Shown here one piece after another: positions 20,173 to 29,800 of a stretch of 64,000 nt of DNA (the stretch's first letter is position 1; each line of letters opens with the position of its first letter). The notes under the pieces are model-generated. The model worked only from the letters and a program-made list of their open reading frames with translations. It did not search any database and was not told the origin of the DNA. Where the stretch lies: the IMG/VR virus record IMGVR_UViG_3300045995_000471; one strand, written 5' to 3'. This DNA comes from an uncultured virus (IMG/VR IMGVR_UViG_3300045995_000471) (Duplodnaviria > Heunggongvirae > Uroviricota > Caudoviricetes). The translations under genes were made by a program, and so were the position numbers.

Positions 20173-20222
20173 GTAGTCTACCTCCGAAGAACACTACTTT
20201 AACCAAAAGGTTACCTAAATAA

Positions 20223-20522
20223 TTAACACTGCGTGGATAGATTGACCCCTTGCTTACACCCTATGGCTACCGCTGTTACCCGCCACTCATTCATCAAAAT
20301 GTCCGAAGCAGGAATGAGGTCTTGTCCCATAACATAACCCTTAAAATGAGTTCCTCCAGCATCTATCTCGAAACCAGGGCCCCCAGTTGTATATGGTGGT
20401 CCAGCATCCTTGGGACGAAATACTGTAAAAGAAATTGATGCAAGACCATTTCTAGCAAAACTAATAGACAGCGACGAACAATCAAAGTAATCTGTTTCTG
20501 TAACTGTTGGTGGGTTTGCCAT
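20223..20522 (-). CDS. Hypothetical beta-rich tail/baseplate protein (99 aa)
   Basis: TAATG overlap with the upstream endonuclease stop; SLSISF...ASISFTV...FKGYVMGQ pattern reminiscent of hub/tube folds. Confidence 0.55.
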   Translation of the reverse strand: MANPPTVTETDYFDCSSLSISFARNGLASISFTVFRPKDAGPPYTTGGPGFEIDAGGTHFKGYVMGQDLIPASDILMNEWRVTAVAIGCKQGVNLSTQC

Positions 20523-21352
20523 TATAGTAGACTTTCCTTTATAAATTTATCATGCTTGCGTTTCAGATAAAAATTGGCATTTTTGTATAGCCAGCGGGCA
20601 AATATTGGAACTTGGTTTCTTCCACCTAGCGACCATCCCCCATATGTTGGGCGAGTTGTAACTGAGCCCTTTACCTGGAGTAATTCTGTCAGGTTTTCTT
20701 TTACCCATATACAAAATATAGGATGACCGGATATAAAGGCCCTAGGAATTTTGCCACATATACTAATACAGCCATCACCATCAAATACACCACGAATAAA
20801 ATGATTAAATAAAGAACCCTGGATTCCTCTTGGGAAAATGCCCAGGGTACTTTTGTTTGGTACAACTCCTTGTTTCATTAGATCTTGCACCAATATCTTA
20901 GAGTTAATTTCTATACTGATAGTGTGCTTAGACTCCCTATGATAAATTGGACGGTCTTCACTCCCTAAACATTTTAATAGACCATGCATTAGTTCAATAT
21001 CTTTATTATTTATATCGTAGCGTAAACGATATGCTGTGTACGCTTTTCTGTCTATTATATCAACACACCCATCAGCATATATCAATCCAAGGAAATAAGC
21101 CTTCTCTTCCGTATCAATACAACTGAAAGCACTTTCATCAAGTGAATACTGGCGTTTTCCATGAAGTTCCTTATGCAAATGAGATACATATTCCACCGAC
21201 TTTTTCAGGCTCAATTTCCACGCACGGTACGAAATTGAATCTTCTGATCTCCCAATCAGTTTAACTAATTGTTCAGAGCTATAATCACTATAATAATTCC
21301 TTAATAAAGCGTCATCTGGTTCTGCCCATCTTTTATATTTAGTATCCATCAT
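20522..21352 (-). CDS. Free-standing two-motif LAGLIDADG homing endonuclease with N-terminal Myb/HTH-like segment
   Basis: KAYFLGLIYADGCV and HFIRGVFDGDGCI motifs; N-terminal WAEPDDALLRNYY...IGRSEDSISYRAWKLSL; C-terminal WLYKNANFYLKRKHDKF. Confidence 0.9.
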   Translation of the reverse strand: MMDTKYKRWAEPDDALLRNYYSDYSSEQLVKLIGRSEDSISYRAWKLSLKKSVEYVSHLHKELHGKRQYSLDESAFSCIDTEEKAYFLGLIYADGCVDIIDRKAYTAYRLRYDINNKDIELMHGLLKCLGSEDRPIYHRESKHTISIEINSKILVQDLMKQGVVPNKSTLGIFPRGIQGSLFNHFIRGVFDGDGCISICGKIPRAFISGHPIFCIWVKENLTELLQVKGSVTTRPTYGGWSLGGRNQVPIFARWLYKNANFYLKRKHDKFIKESLL

Positions 21353-21360
21353 TAATCCTT

Positions 21361-21711
21361 TTATATAATTAGGAAATCCGTGACGCCGGGGATATCATCC
21401 TCATTAATATACTCTGATAATTTACGCTCTTGTCCAGTAAATATCACCTCCCCGTCTTGAGTAATATACTGACTCGCATTGTAGTTAGCGGTCTCATATT
21501 CTGCAGTGGGATTCAGCCCAATAAAATCATTGGATTCTAATATGTCCGTAGTAGCCTTATAAGTTTTAGTTACTTGTACTTCACCTCCAAATGTTTGCAT
21601 AACAAATCGAGTATTAGATAGATTACATAAACAACCGCACATTAACATGGGCTGGCTTGCTCGTAACTTCCAAGATTTTCCTTCTACACAAGATTGAGGT
21701 TTATCCGCCAT
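21361..21711 (-). CDS. Hypothetical protein (116 aa), CxCxC motif
   Basis: AGGAG RBS; MCGCLCN. Confidence 0.65.
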   Translation of the reverse strand: MADKPQSCVEGKSWKLRASQPMLMCGCLCNLSNTRFVMQTFGGEVQVTKTYKATTDILESNDFIGLNPTAEYETANYNASQYITQDGEVIFTGQERKLSEYINEDDIPGVTDFLII

Positions 21712-21723
21712 AACATTCTCCTA

Positions 21724-22458
21724 TTAACGATTATTACTACACGTTGGACATACTGACAACATACTTTCAAAAGTATAACTTACCGTTGGTGGCTGCGGGG
21801 GCTGGAAAGCAAAGGTAAAATTTGTTAGAGTAGCCGATAAATTGCTCAGCCCAGGACATCCCGTCCCCATTACTACTGACAAAATATAAGCAGGATCTAA
21901 ATTATCTGTATCAAATGCCAGCGGTTTGCCAAGGTACTTTAGTCTACTATATTGAGACGAAAACTGTGGCAATACTACTGGCTGTGGCCCCGCTTGGATA
22001 TTAAATTTAGGAACTTTTAGTTCACATCCAGAAGCCTCAAAAAGAGCTGATGCACTACTTATATCTCCGGTAACAGATACTTGTTTCTTCCTCATCGGGA
22101 TACTTCTCCACTTACCTTTTCGTCTAGAAACTGTCCCGCCCATACTAAAACAATCCTCACAAAATCTACAATCATATACCCACTTCCATGGTACTGATAT
22201 ATTTACATTCACCGGGCATTCAAATCCCATCCTATAATCATCAGCACCCGCAAAGGGATATGCTGTTATTTGTACAGTGGTCTTTCCTGGACCAAACATA
22301 TATAAGTAATCTCCTGTAGGAGCACACTCTTTATTAGTATCGGTCTCCCACAATATCTCCTGACTCGAATCTACAGATATAGAGTTAATCTGCTGAGAAA
22401 CATTACTGCCATTTATAGTCACTGTGGTATCAGCAGCAAGACAACAACTACATCCCAT
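21724..22458 (-). CDS. Cys-rich putative tail/baseplate protein (~244 aa)
   Basis: ORF track 21724..22500; ATG at 22458 (MGCSCCL) preferred because it overlaps the endonuclease end by only 11 nt. Contains TTVTING...INSISVDSS, CRFCEDC and VCPTC. Confidence 0.6.
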   Translation of the reverse strand: MGCSCCLAADTTVTINGSNVSQQINSISVDSSQEILWETDTNKECAPTGDYLYMFGPGKTTVQITAYPFAGADDYRMGFECPVNVNISVPWKWVYDCRFCEDCFSMGGTVSRRKGKWRSIPMRKKQVSVTGDISSASALFEASGCELKVPKFNIQAGPQPVVLPQFSSQYSRLKYLGKPLAFDTDNLDPAYILSVVMGTGCPGLSNLSATLTNFTFAFQPPQPPTVSYTFESMLSVCPTCSNNR

Positions 22459-23266
22459 TTGTACCCCGCTGTAGTAAACCTGCTTCAATAAACTTATCAT
22501 ACTTTCTAGTTAGAAAAAAGGTTGCATCCTTGTAGAGCCATTGGGCGAATTTTGAAACTTGTTCTTGATTATTAATAGACCAAATCGAGGTACCGTCATA
22601 TTTACACACTTTTCTATTTGAAATCCGTGCTTGTTTATCCACTATTTGATTAACTTTTTCTAGGGCTTTTCCATTCCCGCGTATATTAATCCGGCAATAC
22701 CTCTGGCCAGAAACAGAACCATCTGCGTCAAATAAACCTCTTACCAGATGGGGCTGTAAATCCTCCTTAAGATCAGGCATCTCTAGAACATGTGCTTTTT
22801 GTGGTATCATATGCCACTTGGATAAATCCATAATTAATTTATAAGAAGAGATACGTAAAGAAATCATGGTTTCCCTAGTTCTTCTTATTGGAGCATCTGT
22901 TTTCAGTTGCTCTTTTATATACTCTAAAACCTCTCTATCTCGTTCGTGTATATGAATAGAAAGTCTAAAGAAATTTTTATCTACATTTCCATCTCCCAAT
23001 AGAAACCCAAGTATATAGGCTTTATCAGGAGTATCAATATCTTCAAAATAGTTCTCATCCATTGTATATTTTCTCAAAGATTCACTGTTTATTCTTCGTA
23101 GAGATTCCTTATCTTTAAAAAGGCCTAATTTATTTCCTTTCTTCCTCACAGCGATAGCAGATTTACTAAAGACTAACGAAAGTTCTGTATTACTATGAAA
23201 TGGATATAGATCTCTTAATAATTGGGTCTGTCCATCTGTCCATAATATATTTGAATCTTCATACAT
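22448..23266 (-). CDS. Free-standing two-motif LAGLIDADG homing endonuclease with N-terminal Myb/HTH-like segment
   Basis: KAYILGFLLGDGNV and HLVRGLFDADGSV; N-terminal WTDGQTQLLRDLYP...FSKSAIAVRKKGNKLGL; own AAGGA RBS; C-terminal WLYKDATFFLTRKYDKF. Confidence 0.9.
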   Translation of the reverse strand: MYEDSNILWTDGQTQLLRDLYPFHSNTELSLVFSKSAIAVRKKGNKLGLFKDKESLRRINSESLRKYTMDENYFEDIDTPDKAYILGFLLGDGNVDKNFFRLSIHIHERDREVLEYIKEQLKTDAPIRRTRETMISLRISSYKLIMDLSKWHMIPQKAHVLEMPDLKEDLQPHLVRGLFDADGSVSGQRYCRINIRGNGKALEKVNQIVDKQARISNRKVCKYDGTSIWSINNQEQVSKFAQWLYKDATFFLTRKYDKFIEAGLLQRGTNGM

Positions 23267-23296
23267 TACTTTATCCTTTTTCTCTAACTACCTGTT

Positions 23297-24397
23297 TTAT
23301 ATCTGAAAAACGTCATATGAACCCACTGCCGGACCGCCTCGTGCGATATCTCTATGATCGTGAGGTGGTATGATATTAAATTGAATAGTACAAGTAGCAC
23401 CAGACAGGGGATGTACAAAAGTAATCTTAAAGGGATAATCTCCAGTTATAGTAAACTCAAACCCTTTAGCCTCAGAATCCGAAGAGGATCCTACTATCAC
23501 AGACACAGGAAATGATTTGTCCCCAATCGTTAAACCAGTACTCCTTGTACCTGCCCCTGAATCAAATGATCTTGGGGGCGGGTCACAATGCAAACAACAT
23601 CCTTTTCCAGCTTGCCTCGCCGCCTCTTGTACATCTATGGGTTCCCCTGTATTCCTGTTTGTTACTTGTGCAAATACCTTATTGCCAGCACCCGCATATA
23701 GAGTATTAGGTGAAAAAATAATATCCGTTTCAGCCCCCGTTGTTGACGAATTACTCCCAGATGATTTTTTAGCACCCTGAGGAGACAAACGACCATAACC
23801 GCCTTGTGGATCAGGAGTTTTTATGAGAGGACTATGCTCTCCACCCATAGAACTACCAGATTGCTGAAAAGAAATTCCTCCCTTACCAGGAGGCATCCGC
23901 TTAAGTTGTGTAAGATTTCCCCCCTGTCGCCTCTTTCCACCAGTAATAACTGCAAAAGCATCATCTCCCATTCTAAATCTTCTAGTAAATTTGCTTGCAG
24001 GATTTGCCTTCATTTTTACAAATTCATCTTCTGCCGAAAACTCCAGTATTATCTTTCTTGCATCTTCAAAGTTGGGGCGTCTTCGTAAACCAGTGACATA
24101 TCCTGTAAATAAGGTTGGCAATTTACCCAAGTCGTCTCCTACTCCTGCTTTAACAACTACCCTGTCACCTAAATTATTTGCCGTAGTAGAAAAGGCACTA
24201 GAAAGATCCATCCATGCATCCACTGTAAATTGTAATGTTGCAACAGGCTGATTTCTATTCCTGGTTATAGAGAAGGACATAATGTGCCCAGACTCGTTTT
24301 CAATTCTACCAGGAGTACAAAATGTAAATGGGCCTACATATACAGCCGCACTTACCTTTTCCATCTCTAATGTGGGACAGGGTTTATTTAATGCCAT
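23297..24397 (-). CDS. Putative baseplate hub-like protein (gpD/gp27-like N-terminal fold), 366 aa
   Basis: IMSFSITRNRNQPVATLQFTV...GDRVVVKAG...TLFTGYVTG...ILEFSAED is the usual hub/late-control-D pattern; lies two genes downstream of the tape measure; AAGGAG RBS. Confidence 0.55.
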   Translation of the reverse strand: MALNKPCPTLEMEKVSAAVYVGPFTFCTPGRIENESGHIMSFSITRNRNQPVATLQFTVDAWMDLSSAFSTTANNLGDRVVVKAGVGDDLGKLPTLFTGYVTGLRRRPNFEDARKIILEFSAEDEFVKMKANPASKFTRRFRMGDDAFAVITGGKRRQGGNLTQLKRMPPGKGGISFQQSGSSMGGEHSPLIKTPDPQGGYGRLSPQGAKKSSGSNSSTTGAETDIIFSPNTLYAGAGNKVFAQVTNRNTGEPIDVQEAARQAGKGCCLHCDPPPRSFDSGAGTRSTGLTIGDKSFPVSVIVGSSSDSEAKGFEFTITGDYPFKITFVHPLSGATCTIQFNIIPPHDHRDIARGGPAVGSYDVFQI

Positions 24398-24412
24398 TTC
24401 TTTTTCTCCTTC

Positions 24413-26884
24413 TTATAACTCAAGAGGATGGTTATAAAGCTGCACATTTACCATGTCACCAACTTCCCATGGAAAATGATCCGCATTCCATGCTTGTACA
24501 ACACCTATCCCTTGAACCCTTACTTTATATAAAGCTCCGTAGACATGACTAGATATCCTTCCTTTAACTTCCTCAGTCTTAGTATGCCTTAGATAGGGTT
24601 TCCCCCCGCTAGACTGGGATATAGATACAGGACCCACATCAATAGTCATTGCATAAGAAGACTTGTCCGAATACTGAAATGTAATACTGTTAATAGTTCT
24701 AGCACCATAAGGGGTTTGAACTCTTTCACCTAGCTGGGGCACATCTGCTTGGGTCTCAGGAGGTCCACATATATAAGTCATACTCTTATTGGGAACATTC
24801 CTATAACTGTCTAAATAACCAAATATATTTTTAGCAACATCATAACATTTTTTACCCACGTCCTTATAATCGGTCCCCATATTCCCTGTGGGAGTAAATT
24901 CTGGGTAGTACATTGGCAAGGATATTTCCAACGTAGCACCAGTCATAGCTTCTTGTAGTTTCTCCGAATCACTTTTTGTACGTATATCTTCTTCTACTGT
25001 ACAGTACATACTATCGAAAATATCTGTAGCTGGGTCTACCGCTTGATTAAAACCAGTTCTTCCAGCCGCCGCCACTGGGGCAGGAAAATCTATAGTATAT
25101 ACAGGCATGGCTCTCATTACAATGGAATTTAGAAAAGTGCCCGCATCCTTTCCCTTACCTTGAACAACGATACCAGGACGGGAGACTGTAACTTTAGCCC
25201 AAAACTCATTCATAACATAAAGGCCATCATCCATACCAAATAGATATCCTCCGGGATTAAACTTAGTTTGTCTCCTTAAAGAATCAGCCTGCATGGACCA
25301 ACCAGGGGTTCCGGCAGGAAAAGAGTTGTCTACCCACTCCATCATATGATACCATAAACCATTGTGCCATTCAATATTACTTCCAAAGCAAACTTTACCC
25401 ATACTTTCTCCTTGTCCCCAACCCCATTGTCTAAGACCATATGCATCTTGCTCACAATATGTAGCCTTAGATGGAGCCTCAGATCTCAAAGCATAACTAA
25501 TATCACCAGGAGCCTTATCAGTCTCTATGGGTATTTCCATCCATGTAGAAGAGTGTGCAAGGTCAAAAGTACGCCTTTCTTTTTGAACACCCAAGTTAAC
25601 CATGGTTGGTGCTTGCACCATAGGAAAGCCCCACCAATGATCTAAAATTGATCCATTGGCCAAAAGAGTTTGGGTAGCCTCATACATATTATCCACCTGT
25701 TCACTATAGCACACATTAGCTCCGAGATCCCATTTACTTATATCATTAAAGTTTATCTTAGATCTGGCACGGCCATAACCGAAGAATCTAGGGATAGAGT
25801 AATCACTATATTCATAACTCATTTTTCCAGACTTTGCATCTTTAACGGCTTCATTTACACTAACACACGAGAGCCCCGCGCTGTCTCCGGTCGCTCCACG
25901 AAGATCTATAATTATGTTCGGAGTGTTTCCAGTATGACCCAAGTCACATGTTGCCCCAAAATACTCAGACATATCCTGGGCTCCACCTACATCTAAAAAC
26001 ACAGGCATTTCTGATGATTTAGTAAATTGTATGGAGTAGTTTCTTAGCCAGTCATCATTACTTGCTCCCGCAAAATTAAGATCAATTAGCCAGAATAATA
26101 TAGTTTGGTAAGGACCTATTTCAAATACATCATTAATACCATCTTTATAACCTTGTTTACGTTCAAAGTCAGGATATATAATACTTCCAAATTGACTAAA
26201 AACTCCTTGGTCACATGTTCTATCGGTTCCAGGCCCTGTCATCCCATTTACTTGTCCCCACGTAAATTTCATACCTTTAGATGAAAGCTTACCTTCGGTA
26301 CTTTGGTTCAAAGGGTTAGCAGTATGGGTAAAGAGAGAAGGATTCTCAGACGGAAAAACTTGTGCGAGATCCTTAAGTTGAGTAGAAGATTCTATACCAC
26401 CAGCATCAACTATAGTAAACCATGGCCCACACTGTCTGTATGGAGGGGGATCTGCGGCGCGAACTACAACCATATCCACAAGACTATGTGTTTGTATACT
26501 TGGCACACAATGTTGTATATTTTTTAAAGTTCGTATGTTCCCAGCCTCAACACTACCTGATAACAATTTAGCAAAGCGGGCTGTACCAAATTCGTCAGCA
26601 TAACACTCCCAGTATTCCCCATCTATTAACATAGCCGAAAGAGACATTTTTATGCATGCAAACGGCTCCTGATTAAGTATATCTAAAGGACAACAAGATG
26701 TCCAATTATTTGTTGGTAACCCACTATAGCTTATCCCATAGTGCTCCAATACCAAAGCCGCTAGGCTATTGCCATGCTCCTCACAGTTCTTTTTAGAACT
26801 GCCCCACGTAGGTTGATAACACGGATCTCCGTATTGTAATCTTCCTTGTTTTAGTAATTCCGATGCCTGTACCGATATTGGCAT
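24413..26884 (-). CDS. Putative tail/baseplate protein (823 aa) directly downstream of the tape measure
   Basis: AGGAGG RBS; N-terminal LVLEHYGISY...WECYADEFGTARF and C-terminal PQLGERV...TINSITFQY...MTIDVG resemble hub/tail-associated proteins; ends in an OB-like segment. Confidence 0.5.
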   Translation of the reverse strand: MPISVQASELLKQGRLQYGDPCYQPTWGSSKKNCEEHGNSLAALVLEHYGISYSGLPTNNWTSCCPLDILNQEPFACIKMSLSAMLIDGEYWECYADEFGTARFAKLLSGSVEAGNIRTLKNIQHCVPSIQTHSLVDMVVVRAADPPPYRQCGPWFTIVDAGGIESSTQLKDLAQVFPSENPSLFTHTANPLNQSTEGKLSSKGMKFTWGQVNGMTGPGTDRTCDQGVFSQFGSIIYPDFERKQGYKDGINDVFEIGPYQTILFWLIDLNFAGASNDDWLRNYSIQFTKSSEMPVFLDVGGAQDMSEYFGATCDLGHTGNTPNIIIDLRGATGDSAGLSCVSVNEAVKDAKSGKMSYEYSDYSIPRFFGYGRARSKINFNDISKWDLGANVCYSEQVDNMYEATQTLLANGSILDHWWGFPMVQAPTMVNLGVQKERRTFDLAHSSTWMEIPIETDKAPGDISYALRSEAPSKATYCEQDAYGLRQWGWGQGESMGKVCFGSNIEWHNGLWYHMMEWVDNSFPAGTPGWSMQADSLRRQTKFNPGGYLFGMDDGLYVMNEFWAKVTVSRPGIVVQGKGKDAGTFLNSIVMRAMPVYTIDFPAPVAAAGRTGFNQAVDPATDIFDSMYCTVEEDIRTKSDSEKLQEAMTGATLEISLPMYYPEFTPTGNMGTDYKDVGKKCYDVAKNIFGYLDSYRNVPNKSMTYICGPPETQADVPQLGERVQTPYGARTINSITFQYSDKSSYAMTIDVGPVSISQSSGGKPYLRHTKTEEVKGRISSHVYGALYKVRVQGIGVVQAWNADHFPWEVGDMVNVQLYNHPLEL

Positions 26885-26890
26885 TTAGTT

Positions 26891-26897
26891 CCTCCTA
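26891..26897 (-). promoter_or_regulatory. Shine-Dalgarno site (AGGAGG) for the 823-aa gene
   Basis: Minus strand reads TAA aat AGGAGG aactaa ATG; similar sites precede the genes starting at 18374, 18980, 20172 and 24397. Confidence 0.7.
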
Positions 26898-26899
26898 TT

Positions 26900-29800
26900 T
26901 TATGCAGGAATTGGTGGTGTAGTAACTATTGAATTTTGCGGCTGATTACCAGTATCTCTAGCCTTCTCCGCTGTTATATCTAATTTCCTTCCCATCTCAT
27001 CTATAGCAGCCAGTGCTCCTTGTATATTAGTATCCAGTCTTGTTACTTCTGCTACTAATTGACTTATTTTTCCACCTTCATCCTCTAGGCCCGCCTTGGT
27101 TTTTATTTCGTCTATAGCATTCTGTGCTAAATCAAGATCTGCTTTCATTTGCTTTTGTAGTTCCGGCTCAAGGTTTAAGGCTTTAAGTTCCTGATTAATA
27201 AGGGCACTTAAACCACCTCCAGCTAATTGCACTTCACCAACTACGTTAACATTAAGAAGAGCACCAGTTAGAGCATTTGAAATAGCGTCCGCTACTGCTT
27301 TTGAATTATCACCGCCTTCGCCGCCTCCCAACTTATCTGCTAGAGCGGATGCTACAGCTGCACCAATGGCAGCTGGAAGACCATCCAGAGACGCCTGTAA
27401 GGCCGCGTTGTCAGTTCTACCAGTATCAGCTCCTGGCTGGGTTTGTGGATAAGTAGGTGTTTGGCCCGTTGTATCTACTGGGGCTTGTGTAGTTTGTGGT
27501 GTCGTATCTACAGTAGGTACTGCCTGTCTTGGAGTGGTATCAACCGTCTGTGGGGCTACACCAGTATTAGTACTCGTCATGTCTTGTGTACTACGTACTC
27601 CACCAGGTTCCCTATTAAGATACTTTTTATTCTTTTGCTCTATGTCCACCATCGTGCCTACAGATTGTTTTTGTATCTCATCCTGTCTTTTCCATTCCTC
27701 ATCACTTATGCCCGGAGTGTTTTTCGCCTGTGCAGCAGCGTCGTAAGCCGCATTTGCCTTTTTCCAATTAGGATCATTTTGGGCTAATTCTTTAGCACCT
27801 TTATTTAAATCGGCTCGGTCACGATCAGATTCTTTATCTCTAACAGTCTGGTAACCTGCTGCCTTCTGTTCTTCTATATATTTATTTCGAGCATCGACAT
27901 CTTCGGGATGCTTTTCGAATGCTGCAGTTTCAATATCATATGCAGCTTGCTGTCCGTGTTTTGTTTGGTAATAATCTTCCTGGCTTGTAGCTACATAATA
28001 AGGATTATTCTTGTCATACTTATTTGGTTCAGAGGTTTCCCACGATTTGTTTGCAACCTCTCTATACCTTTCCGAATAATTACCAGCATTACCACCAGCA
28101 ACTTCTTGCCAAGTATAACCCATTCCGGTGGCTTGATTAGCTATACCAGTAGCTTCTCGGCCATATTGTCCAGCAATTCGGTTTCGCTCTCCCATAGCCT
28201 GGGCAGAACCTTCGCCATATTTATCTTCATAATATTTTATCTGGTATTGATTAGCTAGATCCTTTACATTAAATTTTTGGCCAGGTTGTAATCCTCCAGC
28301 AATATTGCCACTTTGCATTTCTTCTCTTACTTTATCTATATATTCTTTAGACATGCCAGATTTACGGAGTTGCTGTAAGACCGACCCAAGACCTGGGCCA
28401 GCCTGTGCATCTTGTTGTTTAGCATCTAAATATTGTCTAACAGAATCAGACGTAGGAGCAGGCAAAGTTCCTCGCATAAGGCCTTTCTTTAATTCTACTT
28501 CTTTTCTAGTTAATCCACCAAATAGATCCATGGCCCCAGCTGGTACGGGTTGGTATGTAAATCCCTGTTTAGGAAGAGAATCTTTCTGTTGTGCATATGT
28601 GTCTGTAAGTCCTGCCTCCATACGACCTCTCCTGGTCCAGTCCTGAACAGCCCCTCTATCTCCAGGCTCATAATCAGGATCATACTCACGAACGATGCCT
28701 CGTGATTCTGGTCTCGGACGTACGGGTGGCGGGCCACCTCGTTCGGTACGAACACCACTAGGTAGCTGTACTGTATATGGAAGTTGATTGGTTTCAGGTA
28801 GGATCTGAGATTCTGCATACATCTGTTCAGCTAATGCTCTACGTTCTCTATCTGCCTTAGCGGGCTTATCTTCTTCAACCATTTCCTGTCTAATTCTTTC
28901 ATAATTTTCCCGCTCTGCCTCTATATTATGTTTCTGCTCTTGCATCCTTGCTCTACTAAATATTCCATGGCCAAACTCTTTTTGTAATACTCTTCCCATA
29001 TGATAAGAAGGAGCATCAGCAAATCCTCTCTCAACCCCGAGTTTTCCTTGTCCAGTATCACGAAGATCAGACGCAAAATCTTGTTTCATAGTTCGTAAAG
29101 ATTCTCCCCGCCCGACAGGAGAAGTTTCTAGCCCTGGAAAGGTCTCCACTGATTGAGGTCCCGCTTCGAGGGTAAGCTCTGGGGATGGGTTAAAGGCTGC
29201 GAGTGCCACTCTATTAAGCCCTGTCAAAGTTCCTGGCATAATAGATGGGCCTGAGGTCTCAAGGGTTGGTTGAGGTCCTAGTCTACGTTGTGCGGCCGCC
29301 TCAAGACCAGTTGTATCAAAACGTTCACCCTCTTTCCATGGTCCTTTCCCTGAGGCAACTTCCCTTAATAATTTTTCCTGTATATCATCTCCTTTTTTTA
29401 GAGCATCCCTTAGTGTCTCAGATAAGTCTTTTCTGTCGATCCCCTCCTTTAGTTTTCCTTGGGCTTCTTGATAAGCCTTGTATTGTTCTTGCGACATTTG
29501 TTGTTCTGGAGCAACCGCCATCATGCCCTCTAGACGTGTTTTATCTCCTGCATACGACACTCTATTAACAGCCTCAAGTCCCCATTTTACTATACCATTT
29601 TGTATACTAGACAATACCCCAGTGGATGGCCTTGCTTGATCATACATATCTTTCTTAGCCTGTATAACCTGATCCTCGTTTAACCTAGGATTATACCCTG
29701 TCATGAGTTGCGCTGGTCCAGAGAGTAATCCCGTTGCTATCTGCTTGACTCCCTCTGTCATAACTTCAGTGAAAGTATTTGCTTGATCCCCAGTTGCCTT

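Noticed and set aside
20200..20213. Small inverted repeat TAACC-AAAA-GGTTA in the 50-bp gap as a terminator
   Set aside because: The stem is only 5 bp and AT-rich with no U-tract; too weak to call.
20522..23296. Group I introns or inteins hosting the LAGLIDADG genes
   Set aside because: Flanking genes have their own stops, starts and RBSs; spacers are 30 nt or less; no intein C/S...HN splice motifs are visible.
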